A DNA stretch of 64,000 bases, taken from NCBI GenBank assembly GCA_003971905.1, contig RSEE01000041.1:62001-126000 (forward strand). The letters run 5' to 3'. Positions 12,523-25,610 of this stretch are shown in pieces. Within the stretch, counting starts at the first letter, position 1. Each line of letters starts with the position of its first letter. This stretch comes from Moniliella sp. 'wahieum'. Lineage: Eukaryota. The position numbers were made by a program, and so were the translations under genes. The notes under the pieces were generated by a model. It ran no database searches. It was not told where the DNA came from and saw only the letters and a list, made by a program, of their open reading frames with translations.

Positions 12523-14272
12523 GATGGAGGAGGGGGATGCGGATGGGGGGGACGACGGGAGGGGAGGATGCGGGGGAGGTTTTTATAAGCGGAGGCCAGC
12601 GCAGGGCGGGGGGTTGGGGGTGGCGGGAGAGTGCCCCCGTGCGGGGGCCGGGGAGGGCCCAACGCACGGGTGTGGGGCGGCTGGGGGGGACATCGGGAGA
12701 CAGACGCCCCCTGCTGTTGGCTGCCTCTGCCGGCCGGCGGCGGTCGTGCGCAGCGGCGCGGAGCCCAGGCGCTCAGGCCAGCACGCCGGGTGGGGAAGCG
12801 CCGGGAGCGCAGGCACGGGGGCGGCGCAGGCGCGAGAGAGGCCGCCTGGGCAGGCCAGAGCAGACACGCGCCGGCAAGAGCGTGCGTGGCGGCAGGGCAG
12901 TCTGAGGGGGCCAGCTCTGGCGTGGCACGGTGAACGCCGAACTCTTTCGGCCGCCCGTCTGGCCTCTCTGGCGTGGATGAATGACAATGACTATGGGACG
13001 GAGGGATGGATGGATGAGTATGAGGACTGCGTGGCTGATTGGCGCGCTTTGGTCCGTGCGCGCCGCCACGCCCACCGGTGACCGGAGCAGATGGCCGCCT
13101 GCGCCGCTTGGGGACGGACTGGGGAGGCTAGGGAGCGCCCAGCGCCCAGTCGAGACCGCCCACGGTGGCTGCCTCCGTGGCCGGGGGTTGGGGGGGAGCC
13201 CGTTGTACCCGCACAGCGCCAGTGGCGCCCCTCACGCCCCCCGCCGCCGGGAGAAAAAGTCAGCTGAATTACGATCGTCAGCCAGCCTTCTGGCCAGCCC
13301 AAGTCTGCCGCCCATCAACCCCGCCCCCGCATTTCGGCCCCCGCATTTCGGCCCCCGCACCCCCCTCGCCGCCATCGCCGCCGCCGCCCCTGCCGGGCCC
13401 TGCTGCGCCCTCTCTCGTCCGCGGGGCCGCCGCGGCGTTTGGCTTGCGACAGCCCTGACGATCAAGCGTGGCTTCCACTGATTGATGGTGCCGGCTGTGC
13501 GACATGTTGCCACGCCCCGCCGACACGGTCACCCGGTCACGACGCACCCACGGAGCGACTAGGCAAGACTGATAGCAGTACTGCTATAGCGCCTGGCACG
13601 GACCCAGTATGGGTGATGCATGATGACTAGTACACGGAGTGGTGAATGGCGTGGACGAAGACGACTGGCCTCTGGCGTTGCAACACACGTCGGTGGCCTG
13701 GCACGCAACACCAGCCGCACACCAGCTCCTGCTGTCCAAAGCCCACAAGCCACCCCCGCGCCCTCTCAGCCCGGCCTGCCAGGGTCTCCCCCGGCCCCTC
13801 TCTGCTTCTGCCTCTCCACCTGTCCACCTGCCCCTCACCACCGCCACCGTCTTCCCAACGTCCAGCATTTGTCTGCCCTTCCACTCCGCTCTCAGATATC
13901 AGGAGGCCTCAGGTGGTTCAACGTTCACAGAAATCCGGATCTCTAAAATCCAAGGTAGAGGGTACCTGCCGCTGGTACAGCCCTCGTGGCTGTGACCAAT
14001 GATTTGTCTTCCGATTGGAATAAAAAAAAGGTGGCGGGGCACATGTGGGGCCCCAGAGCGACGCACGTGGCGACACACTGCCCCCCTCCCTGCTCCGACG
14101 GACGGAGAAGCGGCCCCGCGGCCCCAGTCCTCATCGATCATCCTTCCCCATCCAAAACAGTGGTCCTGGAATCAAATCTTCCCACATTCCCCTTCCCGAC
14201 CCCTTGCATACCCCGCCCCTCTTCTCTTCCTTACTGTACCTTGATCAGCCTGAGAATGCGGTGCTGATGCAG

Positions 14273-14620
14273 TGACCACATCACTTAGGAAGCGCCCTGA
14301 GCCGCTGAACACGCGCTCAGCCCGCGACTTTGATTCACACACTTCTTAGCTCAGACTGAGCCTCAGCGCTGACTCGCCGAAGGGTAAACGCTCTGCTCTC
14401 CGGCTAAACCATCACGAAGAGCACCCCCACTCATTCCCGATTCGTCTTCTTCTCTTCTCCAATGCAAAATACTGTGTAGCTCTGTTTCCAGCCCTCCTCT
14501 CACGCTTGAATTCGAGTGTACATCGAACAAAAAGCGTATAAAAGTCCGTAAACGTGTAACCGGTAACCCCTAAGTTATGGGCAACCAGCAACCTGGGCTC
14601 CCAGTAGACCCTCCCCGTCA
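14273..14620 (+). mobile_element. Possible solo LTR
   Basis: 348-bp non-coding segment bounded by TGAC...GTCA, with an internal TATAAAAG. Flanking 5-mers TGCAG/CGCAC match 3/5. Shares a short motif with the element at 1-534. Confidence 0.35.
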
Positions 14621-15100
14621 CGCACGTCAGGGGACAGATCGGATCTACTATGTGTCACATGTCACATGTCACATCTCAGATCCATGACTCTCACTATAGC
14701 GGTCCACCCGGCTGTGCTATACATATCATCATCATCACCTCATCGACCTTAGGCCTCATGGCCTCATCAATCATCATTGCTTCCGATCTCAGATGTCAGA
14801 GAGCCCATCACCACGATGCATGAATGCCAGCTGCGCTTCAGTTCAGCAGCCTTACTAAAGCTTCGAGCTCCGCGCTAGCTTCAAGCTCTTCGAAAGCCTC
14901 ATAGATGTCGAGTGTCAAAAAGCTTGACGGCCAAGCGTCAAGTTTCAAAGGTACGGTTCAGGTTCAAGCTTCCGCCATCCACCACAGGAGTTCTACTCTG
15001 CATCCATATTGTTGACAGAGCTTAAGGCTGGGACAGGGGAAACACTACGTCTTAATCGAACCGTTCATCTTGCGGGGGTTACTTGGAGGCTCCATCAAGG

Positions 15101-16610
15101 TTAAGGAACCAGGGGGATCGCCAGGATATCAGGACCCTCTGGTTCTCGCCATCCGGTCCCATAGTAGTACCCTAGGTAGCGCGTGTGGACATGGATGAAC
15201 GTGGTTGACATCCGAGCGAGGAACCATTTCCATTGAGACTGAGTAGCCAAATCCTTCCTATGCGCAAACAACTCGCCCGCCAGTGTCGTGGTGCCGTAGT
15301 ATCCTCGCGTCATCAAAACCAGGGGGAAAAACGGCTCTTGAGTGCGTCCCTGGTACTTGGCGTTCTTGTCGCATTCTGCTTGTTCCAGCAGCCGAAGCAG
15401 CTCCTTCGCCCGGCGTTCCAAAGGCGTCGCAGTACTCTCATGTACCACTCTCCGGTACGTGCTCTGCGTCTCCAGCGTTCCCGTGTCGCGCAACAGCGTG
15501 TGGTCCACTTCCATTCCGGATCCTCCAATTGCTCCGGGCCCCATCACACGGTAGTCGGTGCGCAGTGCCCTCCGCCCGCGCCTCGACCCATCCTCTTCCT
15601 CCACAGTAGGTTCGTTGCGGACGTAAATGTCGGGGATGGGCGCACGAGCTGGAGAATGGGCTCCCGTCCTGTCTCATGCAAAGCACTAAACTTTTGGCCT
15701 GGGAGCGGGTGCACACCATGATGTACTCCAGCGAAGACATGACGCCGCACTTGCACATGCTGCGCGTGGAGCGGCACAGCGTGCGGAGCTAGAGACCAAC
15801 CTGAACTTGCTGGTCAGAGAGCTTGAGGCACGGGACGGATGGAATAGCGGAGAGCCGGTTGTGGCTCAGCGATTGCTGTGCTCAACCACATGGCGGCCAT
15901 CGTCAGCGTCCAGCTTCTGGAGCAGCTCCTGTCGACTCTGCTCCCACATCTCGCCCGGCAACGCTGGCATTGCTTCGTAAATGCGTGAGCCGTAGCCGTT
16001 TGCGGTCCCGACCGGTCAACATAGGTGGTAATAAGGAAGTCGTTTTGACCTCCTTGGGTGCGGCACGGGCGTGGGGCGCAGTATACGAGTAAAGCGGGCT
16101 GCCACATCCTCCTATCCGGAGAGGCAGGCTCATGAGCATATGTCAAAAGTGGTCGTCCTTGGCACCTTGAGGGTCCTCGTCTCCCAGATCCGTCAGAACT
16201 CGTACAGATGAAGGCATCAATCTCCGCCAGCACATCGTCTAGCTCGCCCTCCATCTGCATGGTGCGGAGCAGGTGGTGCAGCTTGGTCTGAGTACTGTAC
16301 CGCCATAGTAAAAGCCGTCCCTGGCGGGTGATGACATCAAACTTGGGCATGTTCTCTCTACTAAAGTTGGCCAGTTGGTCCCGGAGCCACGATCGACGAC
16401 AATCTACCCCTCCCACAGAAGTGCCCAGAACCTGCAGACCATCCTCCCGAATCTGGTCCCGGTCCCGCTCGACGCACTTGCGCAGGTTGAGCGTGAGGCC
16501 CGACTGGTCGTCAGTTCCAAAATCTCCGCAGCTAAGCCGGTAATGCCTGGTCCTGGACCGAAAATCATAATGTCGTCCAGGTACGCCATCACCAGAGTTC
16601 TACCATAGGG
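15101..16610 (-). mobile_element. 5'-truncated, decayed non-LTR retrotransposon of RLE type (CRE/Cnl1-like)
   Basis: RT motif MAYLDDIMIF (16404-16592), then KLHHLLRT and LPLRIGGCG, zinc-knuckle remnant CKCG..C, and restriction-like endonuclease motifs LRTDYRV..EVD, KNAKY, FFPLVL (15101-15604). Domain order RT-Zn-RLE; several frameshifts. Confidence 0.75.
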
Positions 16611-17795
16611 CCGGAATGCATCGTTGAGGACGACTGAAGATCGAGAGAACTAAGGAATAGAAGAAGGACGATCCTTTTCAGGAGTCACTGAAGCATCAAG
16701 GTCATTAACAGGCTTCAACTTAAAGAGTGGAGCTGTTACGGGCCGCGTTTTTGGATCCAAGGTGATCTGATCCAAGCTAAAACCCGCCTGCTCCACACAT
16801 TCTCACTGGTATCGGAGCGCGCTCCGTAGTCTAACCAAGTGTTCTGCCCTCTTGTCAGCCGCAAAAGCAAGCCGACTGCATGCATGAGCTTCATGCTTCA
16901 AGCCTCATTCCTCCATGAACGAAACAGCTAGCCCACGGCAGGAGCTGGATTGGCAGATCAGCGTCCAACCCCCTGTGACTGCCATTATTGTCATGCACCA
17001 ACGTACTGATAGGAGAGGATGCGATGTAGTTCATTCTCATATCTTGGAAGGTCGCCGCTCCTGGCCCATCGACGAATCGGGAGTGAAAAGTGACTAGTGG
17101 CTAGTGACATAGTGAAATGGGAGCCAGTATACTCTATTACGTAGAGTACAAGCCCACCGCCCAAAATCCACAGAACAAGGGAATGAAAGATAGGGGAGGT
17201 CCGGTGACCTGTGTGTATCCCCAACCGGGGGAAGAACCCGAACCGTCCCCATGACATCACAATCTTCGCACTCCTCATCCTCAACTCTTAACTCAACTCT
17301 CAACTCTCAATCCTCATCCTCATCCTCATTCTCAACCATACAAATGACCCATAGATCCATAGATTCACAGATCCCTAGATCCCTAGATCCATATCCAATC
17401 GTAAATCATGAATTTCACCAGTGGCATACCCAAAAAGCCCGGCCAGGGCCAAACATCAAAATATAATAAGCTTGAACGTACGTCTTGAACTTGAACTTGA
17501 ACAGCACCTAACCCACACGTCAAACCCGGAAGGGTGTGCTTGTGCGGCACTACCAACCAACCAACCAACCAACCAACACAGGTGAACAATGACGTCCCCT
17601 CCGCTCCGCACCACGAACCAGGGGCGCCATTGGGTCTAGCGTTGGGACTGCTGTTTCAGGGGTTAAGTCCTCCATCGGGTGTGGGGCCTCTCACGCGCGC
17701 AAAAAGGGGGGCAAGAGGGACTTAGTTGGTGGTGCCCCTTCATCGGTAGTATCGGTCGTCAAGCGCACCTGACTTCCGGCACGGTAGCCACGCTC

Positions 17796-20700
17796 TCACA
17801 GTCCGAATCCGAGTCGAAATCGGTATGGGGCGAGGCGAGCGTGGTAACGGTCGAAGCTGATGTGCGCACGAGGGAAAATCGTATGGGCAGAGCAGTGGTA
17901 GGAACCTCCAGGGCAGTCGTACCTTCCCCATCTCCTTCCCCATTTCCTTCCCCATTTCCTTCCCCTTCCCCTTCCCCTTGGAGAATGGTGGACCCAGCCC
18001 GTGGGTTCGCGACGTCGGACAGAACGGGGTTGGTACCCACACAGAGCCACCCCCCAAAGGCATTCCAGAACCCACGGCAGGCCGAACCTGCTCGCCCAAA
18101 GGGCCAAACGGGGTCTGCAACCCCGTTGGGGACGAACCAAGAGCATACCCAGAACCATACCCAAGAGCATACCCAGGAGCAGGACGGTACCCATGCCCAT
18201 CAGTCTGGGACACAGCCAAAGCAGGCGATTGAGTCGTTCCAACATGCTCATCAGACGATCCGTTTCCACCTGAGCTTCGTGCTCCGTCATCCCGGTCCCA
18301 CTGACTCCGCCGCGGTCGCGGGACCGGTCACGGTCACGGTCACGGTCGTGATGGGAGACAGGTAGGGGTCCACGGATCGGGTCCCACTCCTGGTCCTGCT
18401 CCTGGTCCGGGGCAAAGGTCGTGCCCTTGGGCTGGGCGTGGTTCTGGTGCGGGTTAGTGCGGGCCAAGGACGAAACAGGGTAGTCTGTGGGAGCACGGGC
18501 TGAGGCAGCTGTGCCAGCTGGGGAAGGGTGAAGTGACTTGTCTGTGCGCGTGGCCAAGCCGGCCGAGAGGAGGAAGCCAATAGACGGGCCGTAACCTACT
18601 TGGCTAGCGAGCCAATGGGGGTCATTGTCCAGTGCACTGAGCATCAGTGCGCCAGCGGCCGTCTTGAGACGTGGAAAGGCAGGTGTGGAGAGGAGGCGAA
18701 TGAGCAAGGCGGTAAAGTCGGTGCGACGTGAGAGGGTCACGCTCCGGTCCTGGTAGGGTGGAAAGAGGAATGTGCGTACGACGGTTCGAAGGCCAACAGG
18801 GACAGAGGTACTGTGCTGCGATCGGACGGGTATGTGCTCGGTGTGCTTACCCCTTGGCCCGGTCCCGTTGCGCGCTTGGCATCGTGTTCTTGTCCTTCTT
18901 GTTCTTCTTGTTCTCGTTCATTCTGTTCCTGTTCTTGTTGATCTTGTTCGTGTTCTTCATCTTGTTCTTCTTCCTCGACCACCTTGCGGAGCAAGGACAA
19001 CAACGAAGCCAAGCCCTCCTCCACATCTCTCACGCCATCCATCTCGCACACGCGCTCATTGACGTACACCACCATCCCGTCGTCTTCCTCACAGACAGAA
19101 GCGGAAGAAAGAGACGAAGGAGGGGAAGAAGAAGACGAAGCACCCATCTTGGGCCCCGAACTCGACCCAACCAAGTACCGCACCACCGACTGTTCCAACA
19201 ACGTCATCAACGCCAGAACAAACCCCGGTGGACGGGCCTCGTGCCGGCCCGGGTCAGGGTCTGCCGGCTTGGGCTCAGGCTCCACTTCCGGTTTAGCTTC
19301 CGGTTCCGATTCCCTCTCGGCCGAAGAGGGGAGGTGGCACGACCGTCGTTTGCGCGGGTACGGCGTATGTTTCTGCGCGCGGGCCAAGAGGCAAGCGGCC
19401 AAGCGTCGTGCTGATGACGGTCGCGCCGAACGCAAAGATCGGTCGTGATCCTGGTTGTGGGTGGAGTTGTGCTTGTGCTTGGAGTTGGCGGTAGAGTTGT
19501 GATGTGATTGTGGTTCGTCGCAAGTGACTCCTTGGTACTTGGGGGGACGGTGGGCGCTGTCGCAGCGGTTGCCCGGGACGGGTCGCGTGGGGCAGGGGAG
19601 GCGGGTGAGGCAGGCAAGGCAGGCGAAGGGGGAGAGGGGAGTGGTGGGCGAGACGGGCGAGACGGGCGAAACGGGGGAGACAGAGACGACGGGCAAAGCA
19701 AGGGGCCAAGAACCGCGGGGGACGACCATAGGGTCCCATTGGGCTGGCGAGCGCCAAGCCGAGTCGAGTTGTCCCAGGGGGAAGTTGAGTAGGGCATTGA
19801 TGGTGTAAGTGAGGAGCGGGGTAAGCGGGACCGTCTTGGTCCCTGCCTCGTCTCGAACTGAGGTCGGGGCCGTACTGGGTCCAGGCCACGCCGAGGCGAG
19901 GGCGAGAGACAAGGGTCGGTAGGAGTGCAAGTAGAGAGGGAGGTGGCTGGGGTGGAAGACAGGGTGGTGGACACAAAGGATAGCGGTGGTTCCCGGGCCG
20001 AAGAGCTAGTTTGGGGATAGCCTGTGGGGGTACACCAGCGCTAGGCGGGTTGAGGACCGTATCGGTAAAAAAGTGGACGAGGATGGCCAAGATTTCGGCC
20101 CAGTCCGTCAAGTGCGGAGGCTGGGGCGGGCAATAGAGCGACACATTGAAGAGCAAGCGCAGCGTTCGGACAGGGCCGAATCGGCAAGCTCGACAATGAC
20201 AGGTTCCGAATCGGGCAGGGTGCGGAGGCTGGTGCAAATCCGGGTGAGGACCGAGAGAATGTCACGCAAGCTGCTCAGTCCGTCCAGATCGTGAACCAGG
20301 ACGGAATTGAATTTGAGGCGAAAGGGGGTTGAGGAACAAGACGCGCGCGGCGAGGAAGGCAGCGTCTAGGGCCGAGGTAGCGCCGGGGGGCCTGGCGCAT
20401 GGGGCTTCAAGCAGGAAGCTAAGATGTCCGTGTGCTTAGCAAGCACGACCGGGTCGGCCTGGGAGGGAAAGAAGATGGATTCGAGCAAGGACGCGACGGG
20501 GGAGAGGATGGCGAGCACTTGGGCTGCGCCGCCAATGCCAGGCAGGGGCGGGGCATCGGAGAAGGGGCCACGGAGGTCCTGATGAATGAGGAGGACATTG
20601 TTGATCGTTCGCAGCGCCGAGTCGGCCACGGCCCAGTCGTGCGGGGTGTCGGGGCCAAAGTGGGCGAGGGGCGCAATGCGGGGGCGAGGCGGGTAAGCGC

Positions 20701-20959
20701 GTGCGAGGAGGCGAGGGGCTGGGTGCCGTCGGGCAGGCGGGTGAGGAGCTTGAGGAGCGCCATGGCCTCGATGCTGGCGGCGGCGGGGCGGCGAGGAGCA
20801 TGTGGGCGAGGGAGGGCGGGGCGGGGGGGCGGGGATGTGGTGAAGCTGGTCGGGGTCGGCCTGGACGGCTGCGCACAGCTCCAATACGGCCTCGGGGGGC
20901 GGGGACGCAGAGGAGGCGAGGCATGCGTCGAGGAGGCGGGCCAAGCTGGGTGCGCCCAT
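17796..20959 (-). CDS. RIC8: Ric-8/synembryn G-alpha GEF/chaperone
   Basis: ALRTINNVLL, LRLLFNVSLY, YTINALLNFP, LIRLLSTPAFPRLKTAAGALM..QVGYGPSIGFL, WDPIRG and GMTEHEAQVETDRLMSMLERLNRL match the Ric8 signature. Frameshifts; 3' end uncertain. Confidence 0.85.
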
Positions 20960-23408
20960 GATGCTGGACGGGGGCGAGGGAGATGGGGAGGGGGATGGGG
21001 ATGGGTGGAGCAGCCGCATGGCCGTGGTGGGGGTGGTGGCAAGACGACGGGGGGGTGGCGGTGGGGGTGTGGCGGGGGATGCCGGGCACGCAGGCAGGAC
21101 GAGGGCGATGGATGACGATGGCTCGATGACGTTGTGTGGGTCGCAGTCTCATTCACACGTGCCAACGTTACCGATCGGGGGCAGGTGGCAAAACCCGGCC
21201 AGGGTTAAGCAAGGAGAGCGTGGGTGCAGAGCACCGAATTCGGAATGTGGATCGGGGGGTTCGAAGGCAGGTTCGAGGCTACGGTAGCTTCCAGCTGCAA
21301 GTCAAGGTGGGAGTCGAGCCGCAGCGGATTGGCGTCAAGCAGTGTGTCAGCGCTCGGGCCGAGTGCTCGGGCTGAGTCGCCGAGCACAGCGACATGTGAC
21401 AGCGGGTGGCCCACTTGTCGGCGTCTGTCTCTGTCACTCACACTCGTCCCAGTCTGTGGGGTTCGCAGGGGCACCGCGTCGCGCATCGGATCCGATGGCG
21501 CATTTCAGATGGGGATCTCTGTCAGCCTCCCGGACGGTGATCACCACATCCCACCCCGCTCCGATCTTGGCGCCTTGGAGAGAGTGGTGAGTCGCGTGTT
21601 TGCGGAGGCCAAGGGGGGTAAGCTGGTTACGGGTTGCCGGTTGCCGGCGAGAGGGACTAGCTTCACTAGGCCACTAGCCACGCCAAGATTCAAAACTCAC
21701 AGGGAAGACGCAGTGAAAAGGGATCCATCGATGCGCGTTGGACGTTCGTCGATAGTCGGGGTTAGTATGTAACACGTACCACGTCATGCATCCTTTGCTG
21801 AATTGCCTCAAGGGGCTAGTGGAGCTAGTGACTAGCGTAGGGTTCGATCGATTCGACCACCAGCCGATCGGCTGCGGAGCGCAGCAAGCGTCGGGGTGCC
21901 GCAGTTGGCGCCACAGCGGGCACTGCACAGCTGCTGGATTGCAGCAGCACTCCCCATGGCCGATGCGCGGGGGCGCCGTCTCCAATCTCCGATGGCCTCC
22001 GCGTGCCAACGCTATCCTTGTGGGCGCTGCTGATGGCTGATGCTGACGCCCAACTTATCCGACTGGCGCCGAGGCTGCCCAGCACGCCTTCTCGGCCGAG
22101 AGCAAGCACAGGTGTGGTGCAGGAGGGTCCAGCAGGCGTACAGCACATATACCGTAACCACATAACCAGGCGCTCCTCCAGCCCAACCCCCACGCTCGTA
22201 TACATCCCCACTCTTACCCAAGCATGCCAGCCAGTGTACTTGTACAAATCCCCGCCAAGTACTGGACCCTACTATGCCACACCATCCCCCCCCAGGGCTT
22301 GACGTTTTCCTGTTGTCCCATGCCACCTTTATGCGCCCTACGCCCGCTTACGCGTTGCCCAGCTTGGCTCAGTTTTCTCGCCTGCCCATCGACCATTGCT
22401 CCTCGATCGACGATATCAGATCTCATTAACGTTTAACGTTGAAGCTTGAAGCTTCAAGCTTCAAGTCAAGCTTGAGGTGTTTTAAACAGGGACCCTTCAA
22501 GCTCCAACAGGCGTTTAGCTCTCCGTTGGTTGTTGTCTTCTGCTCAGTGCTCAGTACCAGAACTCAGTATATACTTCTCAGTTCGCAGTTCGCAGTTCGC
22601 ATTCGCATCCAGTTCTTAATCTGAGAGCTGAGGTTCACTGTGGCTGAGTGCCGAGTCCAGCTGCAGCCCCCCAGCGCCAGATCCTCCACCAGCCCGTTTC
22701 TCTCATTGGCCACTCGCCCCGCCCCGCCCCGCGCCCTCTTGACCGGCTGGCCCAGCATCCATCGCAATACTCAACCGCAACTGCATATCACTAGTATCAC
22801 TTGTCGCCATTGCACCAACCCAATCCGCTTTCACCGAACCGATCGAATCCTCCAAGCAACTCGCTCCCCGCTTCCCTTGCACAAAGGAACAGGCCAGGAC
22901 TAGGTTTTCAGCTTCCAGTGGCTTGGTAAACTGTACCTGTTACTTCTTGGCTGGGATGGTAGCTCGGTAGACATCGTACATAGTATAGCCTCGGTAGACA
23001 TAGTAGAAGGGGTAAAAGGGGTAGACAATAATCAACGGGTAGGTAGACATAGTAGAAGAGGTAGAATGAGTAGAAGGGCCTCGGTAGTTTGGGTCTCCAC
23101 TCGTACTGAGTACAACGAAGCGAAGCGCGCATGGTGGAGGGTCGAACCAAATTTCAAAGGAGATATGCGGGGTGGAACTTGGAGATAGCCGGTATCCCCC
23201 TCCCCAATCATGCACCAGAAAACACTTCCAGTTTTGCCATATCAATCGCAACCCAATGCAATCCAATTCCCATCCAACGCAACGCAACGCAGTCCAAAGC
23301 AAGCCACTACTCTGTGCCGGTCCACTCGTAGCGCAAGCGGGACTGCAAGTCCTCGTTGCATTGGCTCGCGCCCGACTACCGAGGGGTACATCCGTTCCCC
23401 CCGCCCCC

Positions 23409-25610
23409 CTAAGGGGTGGACAAGGACACCGCACCGCTCCGATGCCGAAGTGGCGCCGTAATCTTCTTGTTGCGCATCATGGCCAGCTCAAGCGAGAGCA
23501 TGTAGAGGTACTGCCCATTAGCTCTTCGAACGCATCCGTGTCCGTGTCCGTGTCCAGGTCTGAGTCCGGGTGCGGGGCGGTGCTCGTGTTCGCGTCCGTG
23601 CTCGTATCCGGATCCGTGTCGACGCAGCGCCGTCCCGCCCCCAGCCCGCTCGAGGCCTGGGCCAGGGTTTGGGGAAGGGTTTGGGGAAGGGTTTGGGCCA
23701 GGCAGGATGGCGGTGGGGGGAGAAACGAGTGCGGCGTGTGTGGGCGCGGGGGAGAGACGGTGCAGGGTGAAGGAGGAGGGGGGAGGCAAGATGAGGCGGG
23801 TGTTGTCGACGACGAGGATGGGGATGAGGATGGGTGTGGGAGGGGGTGCAAGGATGTACGAGCGGGGGGGGAAGATGGGTAGCTGAGTCGTTTTACGGGC
23901 CTGGTGCTGAACCTGGACCGGGACCTGGACCTGGATTTGGACCTGGACCTAGACCTGGACTTGACCTGGACCGGGCGCGGTGTTGAACGTGGAAGTGGTG
24001 CTGAGTGTGGGCAGGGCCTCTGGATCGGGAAGAGCCCTCGAGGGCTCAACGTGTGCAGGGGTGCGGTCCATGCTGGGATTGTAGTTCGATCGAGCGGAGT
24101 GGGAAGTGGTACGACAGTTAGAGCACGAGCGCGAGCACGAGCACGAGCACGAGCACGAGCAAGAGTAAGAGTAAGAGAAGCAAGAGGATACCAATGAGAT
24201 GTCCCTATGGTGGCCAGGACGGAGGAAGCGGGGGGAAGCTCCGCACCCGCTCCTGCTCCTGCTCCCACTTCTCATCCTTCGTCTTGGCCTTGGCCATGTC
24301 CTTGGTCTGGGACGTACTCTCCACCTCCTGCGACCAGGACAAGCTACGTTCGTGGCTAGTCTGCCTACACAGTAGCGGAGCCGGTACGGCGGGCGGGAAT
24401 CGGGGCCACGGACACGCACGGTCCCTCTGCCCTCTCCATCCCCTTCCCCTTTCCCCTTCCCCTTCCCATCCCCCTTTCCCTTCCCATTCCCTCTCAGGCC
24501 CGATGCAGCGACCTGGGCCTGATGGGGAAGGTGAGGGATGCCCTCTTGGTCAGGTAGTGTGTGCCAGCGGGGATGGGTCTCGACGGCCGAGACAGTGACA
24601 GTGACGGTGACGCAGACTGTGGCAGCGGTAGCACATGCTGGTGAGCAGGGGAGGAGCATGCGTGCCGGTGGCGCGGGGGAGGAAGAGGGGATCAGGCCCA
24701 GAGGGGTGGGCCGTGACGGGGAGGGTAACTCAGCCAGGGCAAAGACGGCACTGGGGAAGGTAATCGGGCATAATCGGGAAGGTATGTGGACGGGGACGAG
24801 GACGAGACCGGGATGGGGATGGGGAAGGGCGGGACTTGAATTTGAGAGGGAGAGGATGCTGAGGACGGGGCCAAAGAAGGAAGGCAACGAAGTCCCGACG
24901 CAGACGCAGCAGAAGAGACTGTCGCGTCGTCCTCGGGGGAAGTCGGGGCCGTTTCCAAGGACGAAAGGGACCATGCGGGGGAGACGGAAGTAGGTCCGCG
25001 CGCGGCTCGTTGACTGGCGGGGGAGAGGGGGACGGGGGGGGAAGAAAGCGAAGCAAGCCACTCTTCCTGCACGTGCACGTCAGGGGGTAAATGTCTCTCC
25101 CCTCAGACGGGGAGGGAGGCGGGGAAGTAGGTGGGGAACGAAGGCTAGGTGATGGCGGGGTGGGCGCACTGACCTGCAGAAAGGGGACTCGGTAGGGGAC
25201 CCTGCAGAGCAGAGAAGAAGAAGAAAAGGAGGAGGAAGGAAACTGCGTTCCCTGTGCTCTGCTAGGGCAATGGGCACGGTGCGGACGGAACCTGGACGAG
25301 TTGGGGGGGTGCCGAACGGGCGAAACCGAATAGGGGAGGACGGACGCAGTCACTCGTGGAGGGCCAAGGGACTCTGCTGCCACCGTCGGGTGAGGTGGGG
25401 GGGGGACAGGCTCCCACCCTGCGCCAGGAACTGGTGCTGTGTCGGGGTAAGGAAGCAAGGGAGGACAGTAGGGCCGACCAACGCGGCAGCGGTCGTGGCA
25501 GTAGGAACGTCGGTGGCCCAACTGCGACGGTTGGCGGGCGGGCAAAAAGGTCCTCCTGGTCGTGGGGGGGCAGGTGGGACAGGTGGGAGGGGTGGGGCAA
25601 TAGGAGACAT
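23409..25610 (-). CDS. Hypothetical low-complexity protein
   Basis: Chain of overlapping Ser/Pro-rich minus-strand ORFs with dipeptide repeats, ending in a conserved-looking LSLELAMMRNKKITAPLR segment. No family recognised. Confidence 0.4.

Noticed and set aside
12449..14275. Many overlapping 100-200 aa ORFs
   Set aside because: GC-rich upstream/intergenic DNA of the SDR gene; Arg/Gly/Pro-rich translations without motifs are expected by chance.
22150..22260. LVYIPTLTQACQP resembles a pogo/DDE_1 transposase motif
   Set aside because: The following catalytic Asp and other motifs are absent; too short to support.
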